In this document: positions 9,424 to 18,195 of the stretch, one piece after another | Numbering within the stretch: the first letter of the stretch is position 1 | Layout: each line of letters opens with the position of its first letter | Source of the DNA: a bacterium | Lineage (GTDB): Bacteria > Zhuqueibacterota > Zhuqueibacteria > Zhuqueibacterales > Zhuqueibacteraceae | Direction: 5' to 3' | Length of the DNA: 19,195 nucleotides | Assembly: GCA_044869275.1 (NCBI GenBank) | Contig: JBIOXB010000113.1 | Location: 1-19,195, forward strand | Made by a program: the position numbers and the translations under genes | The notes under the pieces: generated by a model | Databases searched by the model: none | What the model was told of the DNA's origin: nothing | What the model saw: the letters and a program-made list of their open reading frames with translations, nothing else

Positions 9424-9436
9424 AAAGGGGGCAAAA

Positions 9437-9820
9437 ATGGCAGAACTATTAGAAAAAGAGTTGGTCTTCCGTATCATCGGATGCGCCATGGCCGTTCACA
9501 CTACCCTCAAGCACGGCCTACGTGAAAAGACATACGAAAACGCGCTTGCTATTGAATTGCAGCATCACAAAATTGAGTACAGCAAGCAAACAAGCTTTCC
9601 GGTTTATTATCGCAACGAGCTTGTGGATCAATTTATACCCGACCTGGTGGTAGAAAGACGTGTAATCGTCGATACCAAAACAGTTGAAACGATCATCGAT
9701 GACCATCGTGGCACGATGCTCAATTACCTCAAGATTACCGGATTGAAGGTCGGCGTTATCATCAATTACAAACACCGCAAGCTGGAATGGGAACGATTGG
9801 TTTTAGATGAAGCGCGATAA
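9437..9820 (+). CDS. GxxExxY protein (PD-(D/E)XK nuclease-like fold)
   Basis: 127 aa with IIGCAMAVHTTLKH-GLREKTY-ENAL (GxxExxY), FIPDLVVERRVIVDTK (PD...DxK) and MLNYLKITGLKVGVIINY. Confidence 0.92.
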   Translation: MAELLEKELVFRIIGCAMAVHTTLKHGLREKTYENALAIELQHHKIEYSKQTSFPVYYRNELVDQFIPDLVVERRVIVDTKTVETIIDDHRGTMLNYLKITGLKVGVIINYKHRKLEWERLVLDEAR

Positions 9821-9889
9821 ACCCGCTGTTCGAGTCGTTCAAGGGCTGCAAAGCACACGCCGTTATCGCAATTGAAGCGAATGGTCTTT

Positions 9890-9920
9890 ATTCGCGTAGA
9901 TTAGCGATCATTCGCGGTTC
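9890..9920. repeat. Right inverted repeat of the GxxExxY cassette
   Basis: ATTCGCGTAGATTAGCGATCATTCGCGGTTC. Positions 9899-9920 are the exact 22-nt reverse complement of 9358-9379. Confidence 0.9.
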
Positions 9921-9936
9921 AAAATGGAGACGAATA

Positions 9937-12900
9937 ATGAAACTGAGCGAAATCTCGATCCAACGCCCGGTGCTCGCCACGGTGATGAGTCTGGTGATCA
10001 TCATCTTCGGGGTAGTGGCATTCACGCAGCTGCCGGTGCGCGAATATCCCGATATTGATCCCCCCATCGTTTCCGTCACCACGTTTTATCGCGGCGCCAG
10101 CCCGAACGTGATCGAGACGGAGATCACCGATATTTTGGAGGAACAGCTTTCGACGATCGAGGGCGTGAAGACCATCACTTCCTCCAGCCAGGAACAAGGC
10201 TCGGTGATCACCATCACGTTCGAGCTGGATCGCGACGTGGATCAAGCCGCCAATGACGTGCGCGACCGCGTGGCGAGTGTGCGCGGTGTGTTGCCGCGCG
10301 AAGCGGATGACTCCATCATCCAAAAAATTGACGTGAATGCCCAGCCGATCATGTGGCTGGCGGTGATCAGCGACCGTCACAACAATCTCGAGTTGACGGA
10401 TGCTGCCGAACGCCTGCTCAAAGAGCGCCTGCTGCGCCTGCCCGGCGTAGGTTCGATTTTCATGGGCGGCGAGCGCCGCTACGCCATGCGGGTGTGGCTG
10501 GATTCGCAGCGCATGGCCGCGCGCGGCCTTACGCCGCAAGACGTGGAAAACGCCATTCGCTCTGAAAACGCGGAAATACCGGCAGGCCGGGTTGAAGGCG
10601 AAAGCCGCGAGTTTACCGTGCGCACGCGCGGCGATTTGTCCACCCCGGAGGAATTTGCCGCGATCATCGTCAAACAAGACGGCGATGAGGTGGTGCGCTT
10701 GGGCGACGTGGCCGACGTCGCTCTCGGCGCGCAAGATGAACGCACCGCGGTGCGGTGGAACGCCAAGCCCACGACCGGCCTCGGTGTTGTCAAGCAAACC
10801 CGCGCCAGCACGCTACAAGTGGCGGAAACCGTGATTGCGGCCCTGCCCGAGCTGGAAAAAATCCTGCCCGAAGGCATGCAAATCGACGTGGCCTACAACT
10901 CGGCGACCTTCATTCAGAACTCCATTAATGAAGTTGCAGAGACGCTGCTCATTGCGTTCGGCTTGGTGGTGTTGGTGATCATCGCATTTCTCAAAAGCTT
11001 CCGCGCCACGCTCATCCCCACCTTTGCGATTCCGATTTCCATCGTCGGCACCTTCGCGGTGTCGTACTTTCTTGGCTATACCATCAACATTCTCTCGCTG
11101 CTGGCGTTGGTGCTGGCCATCGGTTTGGTGGTGGATGACGCCATCGTCATGCTGGAAAATATTTATCGCCACATGGAGATGGGCAAAGCGCGCTGGCAGG
11201 CTGCGATCGACGGCGCGAAAGAGATCGGCTTCGCGGTGCTGGCAACCACGATCGCGCTGGTGGCGGTGTTCGTGCCGCTGGCTTTTCTCACCGGCAACAT
11301 CGGCCGGCTCTTCAATGAATTCGGCGTCTCCGTGGCGGTGGCGGTGCTCATCTCCGGTTTTGTCGCCCTGACGTTGACGCCGATGCTGTGCTCGCGCATG
11401 TTGAAACCACTGCATCACACCGGCACGAGCTGGGCTTCGCGCTCGTTCGATGCCTTCTTCGATTGGATGGAGCGCACCTACAACAAGATTGTGCGCGGCG
11501 CGCTGCGGCGCCGTGGTCTGGTTTTGGGCATCGCCGGTTTATTGATCGTGCTCAGCGTGGTGTTGTTCAATTTTCTTCCCAGCGAGCTGGTGCCAACCGA
11601 AGATCGCGGCGTGGGCTTTGGCATTGTCATCGCGCCCGAAGGCGCCACGCTCGAATACACCGATCGCTACATGCGCCAGGTCGAGCAAATCATGCTCAGC
11701 CGTCCCGAGACCGACGGTGTTTTCACCGCCACCGGCGTGGGCTTCGGCGGTCCGGGCCGCGTGACCAATGGCTTTATCTTTATGGGACTGAAGCCGGAGA
11801 GCGAGCGGAAAAAATCGCAGCAGGAAATCGTGCAGGAGCTTTTTCCGCAGCTTTTTTCGATTCCCGGCGTGCTCGCGTTTGTATTGAATCCGCCCAGTCT
11901 GGGCGCGGATTTCAATTTCACCCCGGTGGCTTACGTGTTGCAAGCGGATACCTATGAAGAATTGCAAAGCGCCGTCGGCACCATGATGGCGCAGGCCTCG
12001 CAGCTGGGTTATCTCATCAATTTGGATAGCGATCTGCGCTTGAACAAACCTCAGCTCGAGATTACCATCGATCGCGAGCGCGCCTCCGGACTCGGCGTTT
12101 CGGTGACCGACATCGGCAGCACCCTCGAAACATTTCTCGGCGGCCGCGTGGTCACCGACTTCAAGCGCGGCGCTAAACAATACGACGTCATCGTGCAGCT
12201 CAAGCCTGCGGATCGTGCCACGCCCAACACGATTGACGGCATTTATTTGCGCGGCACGAATGGGTTGGTGCAGCTCGCGAATGTTGTGAACGTAAAAGAA
12301 ACCGTGTCGCCCAAGGAGCTGAATCACTTCAATCGTGTGCGCTCGGCCACGATCACTGCCAGCATGGTGCCCGGCGTGAGTCTCGGCCAAGCGCTGAATG
12401 ATCTCGATCGCGTCGCGGACACCAGTTTGCCCGCAACCATCAAACGCGACTTGACCGGGCAATCGCGCGAGTTTCGCGAATCCAGCGGCGCATTGTATTT
12501 TCTCTTCGCGTTTGCAGTGGTGTTCATTTATTTGGTGCTGGCGGCGCAGTTCGAGAGCTTCATTCACCCGCTGACGATATTGCTGTCCGTGCCGCTGGCG
12601 GTTGCAGGCGCATTGGCCTCGCTTTTTGCTTTCGGACAAACCATGAACATCTACTCGCAAATCGGTTTGATCCTGTTGATCGGCCTGGTGACGAAGAACG
12701 CCATTCTGATCGTGGAATACGCCAACCAATTGCGCGCGCGTGGCCGGCAATTGTTTGACGCGGTTGCTGAAGCTTCGACCATCCGCTTGCGGCCGATTCT
12801 CATGACCTCATTTTCCACGGTCTTTGGCATATTGCCGATTGCCATCGGCCTGGGCGCGGGAGCAGAGGCCCGCCGGCCGCTGGGCATCGCGGTCGTGGGC

Positions 12901-13068
12901 GGCGTGCTGTTCTCGACGTTTTTGACGCTGGTGCTCGTGCCCGTCGTTTACACGCTGCTGGCGCGGTTTACCAAAGTGGAGGCGCATGTCGAAAGCGAAT
13001 CTTCCAACGGCAATGAGCCAGTGGCAGTGCATGCCAGAGAAGAGGGCGTGCGGGAAGCGGTGGCGTGA
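9937..13068 (+). CDS. RND efflux transporter permease subunit (AcrB/AcrD/AcrF family)
   Basis: 1043 aa. N-terminal SIQRPVLATV; proton-relay motifs GLVVDDAIVMLENI, GLVTKNAILIVE and RLRPILMT. RBS GGAGA at 9926-9930. Confidence 0.95.
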   Translation: MKLSEISIQRPVLATVMSLVIIIFGVVAFTQLPVREYPDIDPPIVSVTTFYRGASPNVIETEITDILEEQLSTIEGVKTITSSSQEQGSVITITFELDRDVDQAANDVRDRVASVRGVLPREADDSIIQKIDVNAQPIMWLAVISDRHNNLELTDAAERLLKERLLRLPGVGSIFMGGERRYAMRVWLDSQRMAARGLTPQDVENAIRSENAEIPAGRVEGESREFTVRTRGDLSTPEEFAAIIVKQDGDEVVRLGDVADVALGAQDERTAVRWNAKPTTGLGVVKQTRASTLQVAETVIAALPELEKILPEGMQIDVAYNSATFIQNSINEVAETLLIAFGLVVLVIIAFLKSFRATLIPTFAIPISIVGTFAVSYFLGYTINILSLLALVLAIGLVVDDAIVMLENIYRHMEMGKARWQAAIDGAKEIGFAVLATTIALVAVFVPLAFLTGNIGRLFNEFGVSVAVAVLISGFVALTLTPMLCSRMLKPLHHTGTSWASRSFDAFFDWMERTYNKIVRGALRRRGLVLGIAGLLIVLSVVLFNFLPSELVPTEDRGVGFGIVIAPEGATLEYTDRYMRQVEQIMLSRPETDGVFTATGVGFGGPGRVTNGFIFMGLKPESERKKSQQEIVQELFPQLFSIPGVLAFVLNPPSLGADFNFTPVAYVLQADTYEELQSAVGTMMAQASQLGYLINLDSDLRLNKPQLEITIDRERASGLGVSVTDIGSTLETFLGGRVVTDFKRGAKQYDVIVQLKPADRATPNTIDGIYLRGTNGLVQLANVVNVKETVSPKELNHFNRVRSATITASMVPGVSLGQALNDLDRVADTSLPATIKRDLTGQSREFRESSGALYFLFAFAVVFIYLVLAAQFESFIHPLTILLSVPLAVAGALASLFAFGQTMNIYSQIGLILLIGLVTKNAILIVEYANQLRARGRQLFDAVAEASTIRLRPILMTSFSTVFGILPIAIGLGAGAEARRPLGIAVVGGVLFSTFLTLVLVPVVYTLLARFTKVEAHVESESSNGNEPVAVHAREEGVREAVA

Positions 13069-13130
13069 AATGGGAGTGACATTTTCATCGTCGGTATGAC
13101 GCTCGGAGTTCATCTTTACAGAGTGACGAG

Positions 13131-16100
13131 ATGCACTGCCCCAACTGCCGCCACGAAAATCGCGCCAACGCCAAATTCTGCGAAGGATGTGGGATGGAGC
13201 AGGCTCCCGTCTGTCCGAGCTGTGGTCATGAGCTAAGACTGCAAGCCAGGTTCTGCGACGCGTGCGGCTCTCAGCTTGCACCAACGATGGCCTCTCCAAC
13301 CCCGGCAGATCTATCCTCGAAGTCGCCGCCTCCCAAGCGTGAAGCGCCGGAAGCTGAACGCCGCCACCTGACCGTGATGTTCTGTGATCTGGCCGGTTCA
13401 ACCGCGCTGTCCACGCAACTCGATCCGGAGGATCTGCGCGAGGTGGTGCGCCAATACCAAGCCGCTTGCGCCAAAGTCATCGCGCGCTATGACGGCCACA
13501 TCGCCCAATATCTTGGCGACGGGATTTTGGTCTATTTCGGTTACCCCGTAGCCCACGAGAACGACGCGCAACTCGCCGTGCGCGCCGGGCTGGGAATTGT
13601 GGAAGCAATGGAGGGGCTCAATCTTGGCCTGCAGCAGAAAATGGGTGTCAAGTTGGAAGTGCGTCTGGGCATTCACACGGGCCTCGTCGTTGTTGGAGAA
13701 ATGGGCGGGGGCAATCGGCATGAACAACTGGCTTTAGGAAAAACTCCGAATATCGCTGCGCGACTGGAAGGCCTCGCTCAATCCAACACCATCCTCATCA
13801 GCGCCGCAACTCATCGCCTCGTTGCCGGTTTTTTTGGCTGCGAGGATTTGGGTACCCATTCCTTGAAGGGCGTCGCCGAGCCCATGCAGATTTATCGGGT
13901 GCTCCATGAAAGCACCGCTAAAAGCCGGCTCGAGGTTGCTGCGCTTAAAGGCCTCACGCCTTTGGTGGGCCGCGAGCAGGAAGCCAATCTGCTGCTGCAG
14001 CAATGGCAACAAACGAAAGCGGGCGCTGGCAATGTGGTTCTACTCAGCGGTGAAGCGGGTATTGGCAAATCGCGGCTGGTGCAGGTCTTGAAAGAGCGCG
14101 TGGCCGAAGACCCGCAAGCGTGGTTGACGGAGTTTCGCTGCTCAGCTTATCATCAAAACAGCGCTTTTTATCCCGTCATTGACTTGCTGGAGAGAGTGGT
14201 TCTGGCCTTCGAGCCGCATGATTCCCCGCACGAGCGGCTGAGAAAGATCGAGGGCTTTTTGGTGCAGTATATGGCTTGCCGCTGCAGGAAAATACGCCGC
14301 TGTTCGCAGCCCTGCTCTCGGTTCCGCTGGGCGAAGGCTATGTGGCTTCGAATCTCTCCGCGGAGCGACAAAAGCACCAGATCATCTCGGCTTTAGTCCA
14401 CGTGTTGGAAGTACGCGCCTCGCGTCAGCCGGTCTTGTTGGTGATCGAAGATCTGCACTGGGCCGATCCCTCGACCATAGAGTTTATCAGACGTACCATC
14501 AACAAAGTGCCCGGCGCCCGCGTTTTGGCCGTGCTCACCTTCCGCCTGGAGTTTTCCCTGCCGTGGCAAAACCCGCCACACGTGATCTCGATCTCACTCG
14601 AGCATTTACCCCAGTCGCAAACGCGGGCAGTCGTGCATAAACTGGCGCAGGGCAAGAGTCTGCCCAATGAAGTGCTTGAGCAAATCGTCGCCAAGACCGA
14701 TGGCGTTCCACTATTTGTCGAGGAGCTGACCAAAATGGTGCTGGAATCCGGTCTGTTGATCGAGCATCAGCATCATTTCGAGCTGGCAGGTGCGCTGCCG
14801 CCGCTCGCCATTCCAACCACCTTGCACGATTCTCTCATGGCCAGGCTCGATCGCATGGCAACGGTCAAAGACGTGGTCCAGCTTGGCGCCACGATCGGGC
14901 GAGAGTTCACCTACGAGCTTCTGCACCTGGTGGCGCAGCTCGATCATGCCAAGCTGCAAAATGAGCTGGCGCGGTTGGTTGTTGCCGGGTTGTTGTTTGA
15001 AGAAGGCACACCCCCCAAATCGAAATACACATTCAAACACGCCCTCATTCGTGAGACCGCATACGAAGCTCTGCTCAAGAGCACACGGCAGATTTATCAT
15101 CTGCGGATCGCGCAGGTATTGGCGGAGCGCTTTCCGCAGCTGGCCGAATCCAAGCCTGAGCTCATCGCCTACCATTATACTGAGGCCAGGGTCTCCGAGT
15201 CAGCCGTGCACTTCTGGTATCGTGCCGCTCAAAATGCCGGCCGGCGTTCACTCCCGGAGGACGCCATCCTCTATCTCAACCAGGGCCTCGCCTTGATTCG
15301 CGCGATGCCGGAAAGTCCGGATAAAACGCGCCAGGAGCTTGAGTTTCTGATCCCACTTGGGTCCGCGCTGGTGGTCACCAAGGGCTATGCTGCGTCTGAA
15401 GTCGAACAGACTTATGCTTGCGCTCGGGAGCGTGCCATACATTCGGGCGAACGTTCTCATTTGTACTCGGCCGTGCTGGGGCTCTCTGCTTATTATCTCA
15501 TTAGAGGAGAGTTTCAGTCGGCGCAAGAGCTCGCCATGCAGGGACTGAGGCTGGCAACCGATATGCAGGATCCGGCTCTGCTCGTGGAATCGCACTACGT
15601 GCTCGGCACAGCTCTTTTTCATTTGGGTCATCTCAAGGCGGCGAGATCGAACTTGGAACAAGGTATCGCCCTTTATGAAAGTTCTCAGCACGCCGCCATG
15701 GTTTCGCGCTTCGGGCACGATGCCGGCATCCTATGTCTGTGCTATTTGGCGCGCATTCTTTGGTTTCAAGGTTATCCCGATCAAGCGTGGAGGAGAAGCG
15801 CGGAAGCAGTGGCTTTGGCGAGAGCGCTGGGGCACCCCTTCAGCCTGGCGCACGCGCTTACCTTTGCCGCCTTGGTCGGGCAGTTGCGGCTGGAAATACA
15901 ATCGACGCGAGAGCTCGCGGAAGAAGCGATCGCGCTCTGCACGGCGCATGGTTTTGCGTTCTGCCTGGCGATGGCTACCGTGCTGCGGGGTTGGGCGCTG
16001 ACCGAATTGGATCAAAAACAGGCCGGGATCGCGCAAATCGAGGAAGGAATAAAAGCCTGGCAGGCGACGGGAGCAGAGTTGTTCCGCCCGCATCTGCTGG

Positions 16101-16486
16101 CGCTGCTGGCGGAATCGTATGGCAAGGCCGGCCGCACAGCAGAAGGGCTGCAGGCCTTGGCAGAGGCCACGACGGCTGCGCAAAAAAGCGGCAAGCGATT
16201 TTACGCCGCGGAGTTGAATCGCCTCAAAGGAATGTTGTTGATGAGAATAGGCAAGCCCGCCGAAGAAGTGGAGCAATGTTTTTATCAAGCGGTCGAGATT
16301 GCACAAAATCAGCAGGCTAAATCTTTGGAGCTACGGGCGGCCGTAGGTCTATTTTCGTATCAAGAGCATAGTCAGCATGCGAAGCAGATTCTGCATGACG
16401 CGTACCATTGGTTCGAGGAAGGGTTCGATACGCTGGATTTACAGCTGGCCCGGACGTTGCTCGCAAGACAGGAGAATGAAGTGTGA
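13131..16486 (+). pseudogene. Double zinc ribbon + class III adenylate/guanylate cyclase + STAND-type ATPase + TPR-like protein, frameshifted at about 14271
   Basis: ORF 13131-14396 has four CxxC pairs, the cyclase motifs TVMFCDLAGST, YLGDG, GIHTG and NIAARL, and Walker A GEAGIGKS. ORF 14276-16486 has Walker B LVIEDLHWAD, TDGVPLFVEE, YTFKHALI and helical repeats. Removing AT at 14271-14272 joins them in frame (...LVQYGLPLQE..., 1117 aa). Confidence 0.85.
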
Positions 16487-17136
16487 ATCACACGAGACAC
16501 GCTGCGCAGCCGCCCTCGCTGAATCGCACGGCATTCAGCGCTACCGTTCATTGTCTGACCGGATGTGCTATCGGCGAAATTCTGGGGATGGTAATCGGTA
16601 CGGCTTTGGGATGGAGCAATTGGCCTATGGTGGCGCTTTCGGTTGCGCTGGCTTTTGTATTCGGCTACTCCCTCACCCTGCTGCCACTGCTGCGCGCGAA
16701 AATAGCTTTGGGGGCTGCGCTCGGGCTGGCCTTCGCCTCGGACACGCTTTCGATCACCGTGATGGAGATCATCGACAATGCCCTCATGCTCATTATTCCC
16801 GGCGCGATGGAAGCCGGGCTTGCGTCAATGCTCTTTTGGGGCAGCATGATGTTGTCGCTTCTGCTCGCAGGCCTGGCCGTGTTTCCCCTCAATCGTTGGT
16901 TGATTGGCCGCGGTCGAGGGCATGCAGTGGTGCACGAGTATCATGGCCGTCACGCGTCGCCGGCAAAATCTGAAAGCGAAAAAGCATCACCCGCCGGCAC
17001 TCACGCTTCTCATCATGCGCATCACTTTTCTGCTGGGGCAGGCGTTGAAGACCATTCCCGTGGGCACCGGCTATGCGGTGTGGACCGGCATCGGCGCGGC
17101 GGGCACGGCGATTTTGGGCATGTTTTTGCTCCATGA
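16483..17136 (+). CDS. DUF4396 domain membrane protein; C-terminus probably extended by read-through into the sugE remnant
   Basis: ATVHCLTGCAIGEILG, DTLSITVMEIIDN and FPLNRWLI motifs plus a His-rich tail. GTGA overlap with the upstream stop codon and RBS AGGAGA at 16470-16475. Confidence 0.85.
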   Translation: MNHTRHAAQPPSLNRTAFSATVHCLTGCAIGEILGMVIGTALGWSNWPMVALSVALAFVFGYSLTLLPLLRAKIALGAALGLAFASDTLSITVMEIIDNALMLIIPGAMEAGLASMLFWGSMMLSLLLAGLAVFPLNRWLIGRGRGHAVVHEYHGRHASPAKSESEKASPAGTHASHHAHHFSAGAGVEDHSRGHRLCGVDRHRRGGHGDFGHVFAP

Positions 17137-17218
17137 ATCACGCGAGGTATTGCGTTTGCTTTGCCTCGCGTTAATCGTGGCGGGCATCGTAGGGTTGAAG
17201 ATCGTTTCGCGCGAATAA
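17027..17218 (+). pseudogene. sugE: 5'-truncated SMR transporter, SugE/Gdx subtype
   Basis: FLLGQALKTIPVGTGYAVWTGIGAAGTAILG...ES...RLLCLALIVAGIVGLK matches the C-terminal part of SugE/Gdx. TM1 with the essential Glu was not seen upstream. Confidence 0.85.
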
Positions 17219-17238
17219 AGAGTTTAAGGAGAAACAAA

Positions 17239-18195
17239 ATGGCTCTTTCTGTTCATGGCCTGCATCACGTCACCGTGATCGCCGGTGCGGCACAGGAAAA
17301 TTTTGATTTTTACACCGGTGTCTTGGGTATGCGCCTGGTCAAAAGGAGCGTGAACCAAGATGCGCCCGAGACGTATCACCTCTTTTACGCCGACGCCGTG
17401 GGAAATCCCGGAACCGATCTCACTTTTTTTCCCTGGCCCGAGATGGGGCCGGGACGTTTGGGAACCGGTTTGACGGTTGAAGTGCCATTCGCCGTGCCTC
17501 AGGGCAGTTTGGCATACTGGCGGAAGAGATTCGAAAAGCATGGCGTGAAGCATAGCGAGGCCGAGATCCGTTTTGGCGAAACCGCTTTGCCTTTTCAAGA
17601 CCCGCACGGTTTGCAGCTCGCGTTGGTGGAAACCAATGATCAGCGGCCATTCGAGGCTTGGGCAAAAAGCCCGGTACCGGTGGAGCACCAGTTGCGCGGC
17701 ATGCACGCCGTGAGGCTATGGGAGGGCTCCCTCGCGCACACTGAAACTCTGCTTACCCAGCTCATGGGATTCAAAGCAATCGGAGAAGAAAACGGCTGGA
17801 ACCGCTACGGCGTGGAGGGCGGCGGCTCCGGCAAGATTATCGAAATGAAAGAACTGCCGCAGGAGCGCCGCGGCATGTGGGGGACAGGCCGAGTGCATCA
17901 TGTGGCTTGGCGGGTGAGTGATACCACCGAAGAAATGGCATTGCGCGACCACCTGGCCGCGGCGGGCTTGCAGCCCACGCCGCAGATTGACCGTTTCTGG
18001 TTCAAATCAGTCTACTTCAGAGAACCCGGTGGCGTGCTCTTTGAACTGGCGACCGACGGCCCCGGCTTTGATCGGGACGAGAACATGGAACGCCTGGGTG
18101 AAAAACTGATTTTGCCGCCCTGGCTGGAAGCGCAGCGCGAGAAGATCGAAGCAGCGCTGCCCAAGCTGCATACCACCATGGGAGAGAGCAAATGA
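17239..18195 (+). CDS. VOC/glyoxalase-family ring-cleaving dioxygenase (second paralog)
   Basis: GLHHVTV, LVKRSVNQDAPETYHLFY, PGTDLTFFPW, RVHHVAW and DRFWFKSVYFREPGGVLFELATDGPGF. RBS AAGGAGA (17226-17232) before the ATG at 17239. Confidence 0.92.
   Translation: MALSVHGLHHVTVIAGAAQENFDFYTGVLGMRLVKRSVNQDAPETYHLFYADAVGNPGTDLTFFPWPEMGPGRLGTGLTVEVPFAVPQGSLAYWRKRFEKHGVKHSEAEIRFGETALPFQDPHGLQLALVETNDQRPFEAWAKSPVPVEHQLRGMHAVRLWEGSLAHTETLLTQLMGFKAIGEENGWNRYGVEGGGSGKIIEMKELPQERRGMWGTGRVHHVAWRVSDTTEEMALRDHLAAAGLQPTPQIDRFWFKSVYFREPGGVLFELATDGPGFDRDENMERLGEKLILPPWLEAQREKIEAALPKLHTTMGESK

Larger units (their letters stand above)
9358..9920. mobile_element. Putative inverted-repeat-bounded GxxExxY cassette inserted between the RND genes
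   Basis: 9358-9388 and the reverse complement of 9890-9920 match at 29/31 nt. They enclose one nuclease-like gene that is visibly lower in GC than the flanking operon. Mobility is inferred, not shown. Confidence 0.6.

Noticed and set aside
9346..9930. Classical IS with target-site duplication
   Set aside because: There is no DDE, HUH or recombinase gene and no convincing direct repeat outside the inverted repeats. It is kept only as a non-classical candidate.
16880..17030. Guanidine riboswitch upstream of sugE
   Set aside because: No paired ACGR hairpins or other recognisable motif was seen, and the region is DUF4396 coding sequence.
16904..17218. Intact 104-aa SugE as given in the ORF track
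   Set aside because: The length is coincidental. The first ~30 residues are DUF4396 off-frame sequence with no TM1 or essential Glu.
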